DNA from: Candidatus Latescibacterota bacterium
GTDB lineage: Bacteria; Latescibacterota; UBA2968; GCA-2709665
Length of the DNA stretch: 64,000 bases
Assembly (NCBI GenBank): GCA_965203805.1
Contig: OZ241917.1
Coordinates: forward strand, 3,616,001 to 3,680,000
Reading direction: 5' to 3'
This document shows positions 39,996 to 49,600 of the stretch, piece after piece. The position numbers were made by a program, and so were the translations under genes. The notes beneath the pieces are model-generated. The model did not search any database and had not been told where the DNA came from. It was given only the letters and a program-made list of their open reading frames with translations. Each line of letters begins with the position of its first letter. The stretch's first letter is position 1.

Positions 39996-40177
39996 TTCTG
40001 CTTCCCCACCGGCCCGTAAACCCTGTCATCCCGCGTCAACCGCTCCGTCCGCGCCGGTTCCGCGACCCAAATTTTCCCTTGCTCCCCTCCGGCGATTATT
40101 CTATATTTCCGCAAATCTGCGATGGGCGTTATCGCGCCCTGAAATGCGATAATCCGGGCAATGGAGAATGCTGGCTC

Positions 40178-40759
40178 GTGATTGAAAAGGTAAAGGACGA
40201 CGTCGCCGAACTGCTCGAACCCTCCACGCAGTTTCTGGTGAAAAAGCGGTTCCGGCCGAATGCGCTGACCCTGGTCGGGTTTCTCCTGAACCTGGTCGCG
40301 GCGCTGCTCTTCGGATTCGATTACATCCGGTGGGCCGGTCTTGTCGTGCTGCTCGCCGGCGTGTTCGATTTTCTGGATGGACAGGTGGCCCGCGTGGGGC
40401 GGAGCGAAACCACGTTCGGCGCGCTTCTGGACTCTACTGTAGACCGTTATTCAGAGATTTTCATCTGGTTCGGCATGGCGGTCAGCTTCATCAGGTCTGA
40501 CTCGCTGTGGACCACGTCCGCCGTGTTTTTCGCGCTTGCCGGCTCGTTGATGGTGAGCTATATCCGGGCGCGCGTCGAGGGTCTGGGCGAAGAATGCAAG
40601 GTCGGTTTCATGCAACGGCCGGAAAGGGTTATCGCCATTGGCGTGGGGGCGCTGGTGGGCGAAATCGGGCTTACGGTAGCGATCTGGGCCATTGCGTTTC
40701 TGGCCAACTATACCGCGTTGCACAGGGTTTTGTATTTCCGCAAGCGGTCCCGGGATTGA
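40178..40759 (+). CDS. CDP-alcohol phosphatidyltransferase
   Basis: PNALT, DFLDGQVAR...FGALLDSTVDR signature, VSYIRAR.EGLG...VG...RPER. Confidence 0.92.
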   Translation: MIEKVKDDVAELLEPSTQFLVKKRFRPNALTLVGFLLNLVAALLFGFDYIRWAGLVVLLAGVFDFLDGQVARVGRSETTFGALLDSTVDRYSEIFIWFGMAVSFIRSDSLWTTSAVFFALAGSLMVSYIRARVEGLGEECKVGFMQRPERVIAIGVGALVGEIGLTVAIWAIAFLANYTALHRVLYFRKRSRD

Positions 40760-40817
40760 ACCGGTGGCGGGCAGGACTCGCCTGAACTGAAAGCAAGCCG
40801 GAGGAGCAGCAGGGAAG

Positions 40818-40843
40818 AAGGCGCACAAGGGTGCGCCTTTTTT
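40818..40843 (+). terminator. Rho-independent terminator
   Basis: AAGGCGCAC-aagg-GTGCGCCTT-TTTT. Confidence 0.85.
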
Positions 40844-41053
40844 GTACGTATCTGCCAGCAGGAATCCGGAAGCGAATCGGTTATGTGTTATCTTCCGGAT
40901 TTTTTATATTCCCGCAGAACGGCGACGCGCCGAAACGGGTCGCCGGGGCGGGCGCCACAAAAAGCACAACGGCCGGACGCCTGTCTGCCGGGCAGGCAGG
41001 CCGGCCGGCCGGATGGGCTTTCTCAACGGGCTGTTTGGGGATGGAGGCACGGG

Positions 41054-41917
41054 TTGGAGCCGCTGGACGAACAAACGAACCTCGCATTCTTTACGGACCT
41101 GGACGGGACGCTGCTGCAAAGCGATCGAAGGGCAAGCGCCAGGAGCCTTGATGCGCTGAAAACGCTGGGGAGAAAGAAAATCTGCAGGGTGGTGGTCACC
41201 GGCCGGTCGCATATGTCCGCAAGCACCGTCTTGCCCGATACCTTTCCGATCGATTATCTGATTACCTCGTCGGGCGTCGGCATATTCGATTTCCGGGATC
41301 AGACGCTGGTGGAATCCCACTCCCTTTCGAACGGCGTTGTGTGCCGCGTTACGGGATATCTCATCGACAGGGGATTCGACTTCATGGTTCACGCGCCGGT
41401 TCCGGAGAACCATACGTTCGAGTACTGGGAACAGAACGAAGACAATCCCGATTTCTTGCGACGGCGTCAAAACAACGCTGAACACTGTCGCCCCTTGAAT
41501 CCCGGCCGCCCGGTAAACGGCCGGGCCTCTCAATTTCTGGTGGTCTGTCCCGTAGAAGCGGACCCCTGGCGCACGCATAACGGGCTCTGTAACGACCTGA
41601 AAGACCTGTCGGTGATCCGGACCACGTCGCCTTCGGACCACCGGTCCACGTGGTTCGAGATTTTTCCGCGACAGGTATCCAAGGCCCGGTCCGCCGCGCG
41701 GTTGTGCGAGCGGCTGGGTGCGGATGCGCGGCGTTCCGCGGCTGTGGGCAACGACTACAACGACCTGGACATGTTACAGTGGTGCGGTTTTCCGTATGTC
41801 GTCCGGAACGCGCCGGAGCCCTTGAGAAAACGGTTCCCAGTGGTTTCCAACCACAACGCGGACGGGTTTTCCGAGGCGGTCCGGCGGTGGCTCGACGAGA
41901 TTGAGACGACCGCATAG
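41054..41917 (+). CDS. Cof-type HAD hydrolase
   Basis: DLDGTLL, VTGR, SK, GNDYNDLDML. TTG start after GGAGG. Confidence 0.9.
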   Translation: MEPLDEQTNLAFFTDLDGTLLQSDRRASARSLDALKTLGRKKICRVVVTGRSHMSASTVLPDTFPIDYLITSSGVGIFDFRDQTLVESHSLSNGVVCRVTGYLIDRGFDFMVHAPVPENHTFEYWEQNEDNPDFLRRRQNNAEHCRPLNPGRPVNGRASQFLVVCPVEADPWRTHNGLCNDLKDLSVIRTTSPSDHRSTWFEIFPRQVSKARSAARLCERLGADARRSAAVGNDYNDLDMLQWCGFPYVVRNAPEPLRKRFPVVSNHNADGFSEAVRRWLDEIETTA

Positions 41918-41930
41918 AAGAGGACAAACC

Positions 41931-44264
41931 ATGCCTGCAGGACTTACCGAAGCCGACCTGGCCGCCGCATTGCCGGATGTGACCGCCACGCTGCGCCTGC
42001 CCGGCCTGATCGACAGCGCCGCCATCTATCGCGACCGGTGGGGCATCCCCCACATCCGGGCGGAGAACGAGCACGATCTCTTCTTCGCCCAGGGTTTCGC
42101 CACGGCCCAGGACCGGCTCTGGCATATGGACTATGACCGGCGCCGGGCGCTGGGGCGTTGGGCGGAAATCGCCGGCCCGGACGGCGTGGATCAGGACCGG
42201 CTGTTGCGAACAGCGGGAATGGGACGCACGGCGCGGCTGGATTACGAGGCGGCCGGTGCGGAGGCGAGGGCGATGGTGGATGCGTATACGGCCGGCGTGA
42301 ACGCGTTCATGGAAACGACGCCGGCGTACCCGGTCGAATATAAGCTTCTGGACGGTACGCCCGAATCCTGGGAGAACTGGCACTGCATTGCCGTCTACAA
42401 GATGCGCAATACGCTGCTGGGGACGTTCGAGCCGAAACTCTTCCGAACGCGTCTGGCGCTCACCATCGGCCCCGAGAACGCGGCGCGTCTGATCAAGGGG
42501 TATCCCGGCGGCCACCTGCTCACCGTGCCCCCCGGCGAGGTCTACCAGGGGCCTGGTGTCGACGGCCTGGAGGAACTCAGCGGGGCCCTGGAGGACGTCA
42601 ACTGGCTGAAAGAGACGGATGCCGGATCCAATGCCTGGTCGATCTCCGGCGAGCTGACCCGGTCCGGATTGCCGCTGATGGGAGGAGACTCGCACCGTGC
42701 TCTGGACACGCCCAGCGTCTACTATCAGGCCCATCTCTCCTGTCCCGACCTTTCGATTGTCGGCTCCTCGGTACCCGGGATGCCCGGGATCCTGCACTTC
42801 TGTCACAACGCGCACGTGGGCTGGGGGATGACCTACGGCAACGCCGACACCCAGGACCTGTTCGTGGAGCGGTTCCGGGAGCGGGACGGCGGGCGGGAGT
42901 ATCAATTCAGGGAGACGTGGAGGCAGGCCGAAGTCCTGCACGAGACCATCGCGGTCCGGAACGCGGCGCCGGTGGAGATCGAAGTGACCCTCACGCATCA
43001 CGGCCCTGTCATCGCGGGAGATCCCGCGGCGGGTTACGGCATTGCAATCAGCGATCCCGGCCTGATACAGGGCACGCCATGGCTGGATGCCGCACGCGAA
43101 GCGATGCGCGCGACCACCGTCCATGAACTGCACGATGCATTCAGGAACTGGACGGACCGGGTCAACAACTACGCGGTCGTGGACGTCCGGGGCAATTTCG
43201 GATATCTGCACGAGGGAAAGATCCCCATTCGCACGGAGGCCAACGGCTGGCGGGCCGTGCCGGGGTGGACCGGGGAATACGAGTGGCAGGGGTATATCCC
43301 TCACGACGACCTGCCGCGGGCGATCTGTCCGCGGGCCGGGTACGCCGTGACGTGCAACCAGCGCGTAGCCGGATATGACTACCCGTACTACGTGGGTCTG
43401 AATTTCAGCCCGGAATATCGCGCCAGGCGGCTTCAACTGAATATACTGGACCTGAATCCGGGGGGGGCGGTGGTGGACGATATGGCGCGGATGCACGCCG
43501 ACCGGACCTCCATTCCGGCCGAAATCTTCACCGAGGCGCTCCTTGGGATACAGCCTCGGGACACGGCGTCCGAGCGGGCGCTGGCGCTCCTGCGCGAGTG
43601 GGATTATCGCATGGACCGGGACCTCGCGCAGCCGACGATTTACAGCCAGACCCGCCTGTGCGCCACCCGGGTGCTGGCGGAGCATCTCCTGGGCGACATA
43701 GCGGCTCCGGCGCTCGAGGGGGCTTCAGGAGCGGAAGCGCATATCCGTCTGATCGTTCTGGAGATGACCCTGGGGATCGAGAACGGCGACGAATCGATGT
43801 TACCGGACGGGCGCACCTGGGGCGATCTGTTGGCGGAGAGCCTGAAGCAGGCGGTCGCGGACCTCGAGGACCGGCTTGGTGAGGACATGACGGATTGGCG
43901 GTGGGGCCGCGTCCACCATACCCGGCCGAGACACCCGCTCTCAACGGTTTTTCCGGAATGCGCAAGGCTTCTGGATCCGCCCGGCCTGCCAACGCACGGA
44001 GACGGAGACGTGCCGCTTGCCGGCGGCTATGACGTGAGTGAACCCTTTGTTGCGACGGGGTTGTCGGTCAACCGGTACATTCACGATCCGTCGGACTGGA
44101 ACAACTCCCGGTGGATCGTGCCGCTTGGGGCCTCGGGGCATCCCGGCAGCGCTCATTATGCGGACCAGGCGCAACTCTGGGCCGACGTGGGGTATATCCC
44201 GCAACTGTGGGACTGGGATACGATTGTCTCCGAGGCGGAAACACGACAGGAATTGAATCCGTAG
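41931..44264 (+). CDS. Penicillin acylase (S45 Ntn-hydrolase) family protein
   Basis: RDRWGIPHI, AQDRLW, GSNAW (N-terminal nucleophile Ser), HHGPVI, GASGHPGS.HY.DQ. Confidence 0.93.
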   Translation: MPAGLTEADLAAALPDVTATLRLPGLIDSAAIYRDRWGIPHIRAENEHDLFFAQGFATAQDRLWHMDYDRRRALGRWAEIAGPDGVDQDRLLRTAGMGRTARLDYEAAGAEARAMVDAYTAGVNAFMETTPAYPVEYKLLDGTPESWENWHCIAVYKMRNTLLGTFEPKLFRTRLALTIGPENAARLIKGYPGGHLLTVPPGEVYQGPGVDGLEELSGALEDVNWLKETDAGSNAWSISGELTRSGLPLMGGDSHRALDTPSVYYQAHLSCPDLSIVGSSVPGMPGILHFCHNAHVGWGMTYGNADTQDLFVERFRERDGGREYQFRETWRQAEVLHETIAVRNAAPVEIEVTLTHHGPVIAGDPAAGYGIAISDPGLIQGTPWLDAAREAMRATTVHELHDAFRNWTDRVNNYAVVDVRGNFGYLHEGKIPIRTEANGWRAVPGWTGEYEWQGYIPHDDLPRAICPRAGYAVTCNQRVAGYDYPYYVGLNFSPEYRARRLQLNILDLNPGGAVVDDMARMHADRTSIPAEIFTEALLGIQPRDTASERALALLREWDYRMDRDLAQPTIYSQTRLCATRVLAEHLLGDIAAPALEGASGAEAHIRLIVLEMTLGIENGDESMLPDGRTWGDLLAESLKQAVADLEDRLGEDMTDWRWGRVHHTRPRHPLSTVFPECARLLDPPGLPTHGDGDVPLAGGYDVSEPFVATGLSVNRYIHDPSDWNNSRWIVPLGASGHPGSAHYADQAQLWADVGYIPQLWDWDTIVSEAETRQELNP

Positions 44265-44399
44265 TCGGCCGGCGTCACCAACATCCGGGGGATCCCGCTT
44301 ACGGCTCGAGGATGTCCGCTAAGCGCCTGGTAGCGCGCGTATATTGCACATCGACGCCTGACTGCTGGTAGTCGTTTCCTGACTAAGTGCCTATTTTTT

Positions 44400-45035
44400 C
44401 TTTTTTTATGTCCTTTTTCTTGTACGCCCAAGAAAAAGGACCAAAAAGAACGGCGCCTGCCTGCCAAAGCGTCACTGGCAGGCGCAGGCAGGCCGCTCGG
44501 CGCCTGTCTGCGTGCGTGAGACAGCACGCACAGGCAGGCGGGGCCGGTTTTTCCGTGAACCACCTCAGCGGCGCAATTGGAATCTGGGTGCCCTGTCACC
44601 GAAACAGCCCCGACCGAACTACGTTGCTGGACGGATTGGCACGGAAAAACCCCCAGCCACACCACAGTACGCTTGATGGGGCCTCACAAAAAACCGTACG
44701 CGGATGTTCCTGCGCGATGAAGCGTTTACAGACCCCCCAACACCGCCACCAACCTACTGCCTATCCCCTTCCCGAAGGAAGGGGGAAGTGTGATCGCGTG
44801 AAGACATTTCTTACTGCTCCCCCTCTCCCTTTGGGAGAGGGGGCCGGGGGGAGAGGTTTGGGTTTCATCGGTTGCCGCCACGTGACGGCGCTGACGTCAA
44901 CGGGTTTGGCTTTTGTTTCAAGCTGATTGCTGAGAGCTGATCGCTGAATGCTGCTTCCCGCCGGAGGCAAGGAATTTGGGGAAAAGGGGTTTTTGGATTT
45001 GATTTTCGTCCATTGCCTTTAGCTGTCAGCTGTCA
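44400..45035. repeat. Compound repeat region: CCTG(C/T)CTG palindromes, REP-like doublet, GCTGA heptamers, GGAATTTGGGGA unit
   Basis: Units are shared with the 37.7 kb and 39.3 kb regions. Confidence 0.75.
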
Positions 45036-45068
45036 TTGCCGACAACTACCCGCGAGAGGAGATTCGAA

Positions 45069-45404
45069 ATGGTACAAATCGTAAAACCGGACCAGAGGGA
45101 CATGAAGCTGTACGACGCGCCGGGGGCCAGGGTACAGGTGTCCGACCCCATTCTGGGAAAGGACGACTGTCTCGCGGCGGGATTCACGGAATATCTGGAA
45201 CCGAGCCGTCTGGAGTGGACATTCGACTACAATGAGGTCTTCTTCATGCTGGAAGGCGCGCTGGAAGTTCACGCGGAGGGGCAGGAGCCGGTGTCTTTCG
45301 AGGTTGGCGATCTGGGCTATATCGAAAAGGACACGACCACCGTAATCACGGTACCGGAGGGCGCGCTGCTGCTGCACGTTACCCAGCCGGCGTGGCGGGA
45401 ATGA
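45069..45404 (+). CDS. EutQ-like cupin protein
   Basis: LAAGF...EWTFDYNEVFFMLEGAL...GDLGYIEKD...VTQPAW. GAGGAG RBS. Confidence 0.8.
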   Translation: MVQIVKPDQRDMKLYDAPGARVQVSDPILGKDDCLAAGFTEYLEPSRLEWTFDYNEVFFMLEGALEVHAEGQEPVSFEVGDLGYIEKDTTTVITVPEGALLLHVTQPAWRE

Positions 45405-45429
45405 AGCAGGACGGGAGGCTGCCGGAAGT

Positions 45430-46491
45430 TCAATTGAACGCGGGCGCGACGTGTTCCGAGAACATGCGCAGAGACTTGCAGACCAGGTCGGGATGCAGGT
45501 CGCCGATGCGGGTCCACCCCATAAAGTTCTGCAGTCCCGTGTGTTTCCGGATCCAGCTGATTTTGTCGGCGGCAAAATCGGGATCCCCCACGATGGCGTG
45601 TTCCGCCAGGATTTCGTCGAAGCTGATGTTGGAAAACTTCTGTTTCAGCTCCTGGTAGAATTCCATCTGTCCGGGTGGCGCGATTTCGGGCGGGGGCGCG
45701 ATCACCTCGGCCAGCAGGGTGCGGAAGTACCACATCAGTTGATCGTGACATTCCTCGCGGGCCTTTTCGGTGGTTTCGGCAACGTACAGGAACCTCGCCA
45801 GGGGGAAGTCCAGTTTGCCCGACATCCCGCACGCATCGGCCGTCTTGTGGTACGCCTCGTAGAGTTCGAACACCTGCTCGTAGGGATGCAGGAACGAAGT
45901 CAGGACGTTATAGCCGTTCTTGATGACCCATTCGTAAGTTGAAGGACTCACCGCCGCCACGTAAACCGGCGGGTGCGGCTGTTGTACGGGTTTCGGGATC
46001 ACGTTGACCTTCCGGACCTTGTGGAACCTGCCGTCGTATTCCACGGGACCCGTCCAGGCCTTCAGGATGATCTCCAGTTCTTCCTGAAAGCGGTCGCGGC
46101 TTTCCTCCAGGTCGATTCCCCAGTTGTGAAACTCCTCGAGCTGATAGCCGCGTCCCACGCCGAAGAGGAGCCTTCCCCTGGACATGATATCCACGGTGGC
46201 GAAGTCTTCCGCCACGATGACCGGGTTGTGGAAGGGCAGCACGACAACCGCGGTGCCGATTTTGATGCGTTCGGTAATGGCCGAGGCGTACGCGGCCATG
46301 GTATGGATGGACGGGGTGATCGAGTAATAATTCGCGCCTGGCGCTTTGTGGTCGAAGTGGTGTTCGGCCAGCCAGATGGCGTCCCAGCCGGTCTCGTCCA
46401 TGAGCTTGAACTGTTCGAATGCTTCGTGGTAGACTTGCGCGTGATCTTTGCCGGGCGGGGTTTCCAGCAGATAGAACTGGCCGAATTGCAT
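45430..46491 (-). CDS. Luciferase-like (LLM class) flavin-dependent oxidoreductase
   Basis: WLAEHHF, IKIGTAVVVLPFHNP..VAED, GVGRGY, PKPVQQPHPP. Confidence 0.93.
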   Translation of the reverse strand: MQFGQFYLLETPPGKDHAQVYHEAFEQFKLMDETGWDAIWLAEHHFDHKAPGANYYSITPSIHTMAAYASAITERIKIGTAVVVLPFHNPVIVAEDFATVDIMSRGRLLFGVGRGYQLEEFHNWGIDLEESRDRFQEELEIILKAWTGPVEYDGRFHKVRKVNVIPKPVQQPHPPVYVAAVSPSTYEWVIKNGYNVLTSFLHPYEQVFELYEAYHKTADACGMSGKLDFPLARFLYVAETTEKAREECHDQLMWYFRTLLAEVIAPPPEIAPPGQMEFYQELKQKFSNISFDEILAEHAIVGDPDFAADKISWIRKHTGLQNFMGWTRIGDLHPDLVCKSLRMFSEHVAPAFN

Positions 46492-46677
46492 TTCAGATCT
46501 CCTGAGTGAATGGAACGACGTGCCGGTTTCCGGCGATTAAGTTATGGATCGTACTAATGATGTCAAGCGGTTTTGCGGGTCGATGCCGCGGGAGGATTCG
46601 CCATTGGCGGAGGCGCCGGCGGCTCCGCGTCCGCCGGTTGTGGAGCGGTTCCGCACTGGACCAGGGAGGATCGGGAA

Positions 46678-49600
46678 ATGACGCCCAATCGAATTGAATG
46701 CTGCCTGCTCTTGCTGACGGGCATTCTCATGACGGGTTGCGCTTCGAAACGCAACGAGACCGAGACGATTACTTATTCGCGGGAAACGGCCAGGCTGGTC
46801 AGCCACGCGACATCCGACATGATCCGCGCCGGCGACGACATTCGCGTACGGTTCGTGTCGCCCGTCGTTTCCGGAAACCGGGTCGGACATGGGCTCGAAG
46901 AGACCGTATTCGCTTTCGTGCCGCACATCGACGGAAACGCCCGCTGGGCGGACAGGCGCACCCTCCTCTTCAAGCCGGACGAGCCGCTCCCGTTCAGGCA
47001 GCGCTACAGGGGAACCCTGGATCTCGCCGCCCTGTTTCCGCGGCGACCAGATCTGCGGCCGCTGGAATTCGCGTTTCACGTCGCCGGCCGGGAGATTGTT
47101 TCGTTGAACGCGGATTTTGAGGTGATCGAGAAGGACGATCCGCGACGGGTGGTCTATAAAGGCCGTGTCGTGTTCAGCGAGAAGACCCCGCTCGAACAGG
47201 TGCGGCAGGCTGCCCGGTTGTCGATGTATTCTGGCCGGAAATCGCTTTCTCTTGCCTGGACGGCGGACGCGGAGGGGAAGGTCTTCTCATTTGTATCCGA
47301 ACCGATCGAACGAAGCAAAACAACGAGAGTGCTCCGTTTCAACCTCGAAAAGGAGGCGCTGGCGATTTCGCGGGACTACGTGGAAAAGAGGAGGCTGACG
47401 CCCATAACGGAAATGAAAATTGTCAAAGTCGAAGGTCGGGGGGAGGGACGGCAGCCCGGCCTCGCGGTCGAATTGACGGACGAACCGGACCCCCACCAGG
47501 ATCTCCAGGGGCTGATTGCCGTGGACCCGCCGATGGACGTCCGGATCAGGGCGGCGGGAAGAAAAATCCACGTGAGCGGCGAGTTTGAGCACGGCAGGCA
47601 CTATACCCTCACCGTCCATCCGGGCATTCGCAGCCGATGGGGGGCGGCGACGGCCTCGGAACGCACCGAAACCATCCAGATACCCGATCTGAAACCCCGG
47701 ATTCGATTCTCCGAAGACGGGATGATTCTGCCGACGATCAACCGGCAGCGCGTGCGGTTCCGGACGGTGAACGTGAGCCGCGTGAGGCTGGAGATCAAAC
47801 AGGTTTTCGACTCGAATCTGGGGCAGTTCCTGCAGACGCAGAGCCTGAAGAGCGACGGCGACCGCCGGCGGAGTTTCTCCTCCTGGCAGGTCAACCGCGT
47901 CGGCGTGGGGCTGGTGGATACGGTCCTGGAGATCGGTGCGGTCCGCAACCGGTGGCTGCAGCACGAACTGGATCTGAACGAGTTGCTCGATCCGACCGAA
48001 AAAGGGCCGCTTCTGATCAGTCTCAGCTTTAAACACATCGATATGCTTTACGGCGCGCCCGGCGAGGCCGAGGAAGCGCGAAAGCAGCGGCGGCGGAACC
48101 GTGGAAATTACGACTTCCGCAACCATCCCTTCTCGCCCGAATACGTCCACCGCTTCGGAAGGGCATTCAAGCCGGTAATCGTCAGCGATATCGGGCTGAC
48201 GTACAAGAAGGCGCACCGCCGGCACTTCGTTTATGCGCGAAATGTCAGCAACGCGGCGCCCATGGCCGGGGTGGCGGTCACATTGCGCACCTTCCAGAAC
48301 CAGGTGGCCGGACGGGGCGTGACCGACAGGTACGGCGAGGCGGCGATTTCTGGTGGAAGGCGGGACATCTTTTACGTCGAAGCCGAAAAAGACGGTCAGA
48401 AGAGCATCATCAAGTGCAACGAAATGGCTTGGAACCTGTCCACGTTCGATACGGGGGGCGCCGCTGCGCCGCCGGACGGCGTCCGGGCGTTTATCTACAC
48501 CGAACGGGGCGTTTATCGACCCGGCGACGAGATCCATCTTTCGCTGATCGCGCGCAATTCCGAGCAGACCTTCCCAGAGAACCACCCTGTTACGCTGAAG
48601 CTCTATAACCCGAGAAATCAGCTGGTGCTGGAGCGGACTGCCCGTGATGGAAAGGATGGATTCTACGTTTTCAGCTTCAAGACAGAGCCCCACGATCCAA
48701 CGGGAAACTGGCGGGCGCGTTTGGCAGTGGGAAGCCGCACGTTCGAACATACGGTGAAAGTCGAGACGGTGGCCCCCTATCGGTTGAGGGTCTGGATCGA
48801 GCCCGAAAAGCAGAATTTGACGGCTGAGGACAACGAACTTCGACTCGGGCTCCTGAGTACCTATCTGTTTGGCAATCCGGCCGTCGGGCTGGATGCCGAG
48901 GTCACGGCCGAACTCCGGCATTCAGCGAAACAGTTTTCCGGCTATCCGGAGTTCAGCTTCACCAACGAAGGTGTGACCCATAGGCCGGTGCGCACCAGCA
49001 TCTTCAAGGGCAGACTCGACACGCTGGGGCGGGCGCGCGTGCGCTGGCGATTGCCTCAGCTTGACGGGACGCCGTCTGCGATCCAGGTCGTGATCAATGC
49101 CACGGTGCTGGAAAGAGGCGGCCGTCCCAACCGCAGCCGCGAAACCCTGGCGCTGGATCCGTACGACCGCTACGTGGGGGTGCGAAAGCCGCGGTTCGAC
49201 TACGGATACGCCCGGATGGGGTCCGCGGTGGAGATTCCGATCGTGCTCGTAACCCCTGAAGGGGAGGCAGCGGCGGGTTTGCCGCTTGAGTATCGCATTT
49301 TCAGAAGCACGGCACACTGGTGGTGGGAGTACGAGTCCCGCGATCAGTTCCGCCTCAGGTTCAAAAAGGACCAGAATACGGAACAGATCGACAGCGGTTC
49401 GCTGTTCTCGAAGACAACCCCCGTGCCGTTGGTATTTACGCCCGACCAGCGGGGAGAGTATCTGATAGAAGTCCAGGATGCCGCGGGACATACCGCCGCA
49501 TTCTTCATACGCGCCTATCCGTGGGGCGAAGCGCAGGCCGATCCCAAAACAGCTGGCATGCTGGCGCTCAGGACCGACAGGAAGTCCTATGCCCCCGGCG

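Noticed and set aside
40790-40812. CAAGCCGGAGGAGCAGC as SRP RNA
   Set aside because: It cannot form the CC-GNRA-GG helix 8 or the long flanking stem.
37671-45035. Recurring intergenic repeats as a CRISPR array
   Set aside because: No constant-length repeat with regular spacers, and no cas genes.
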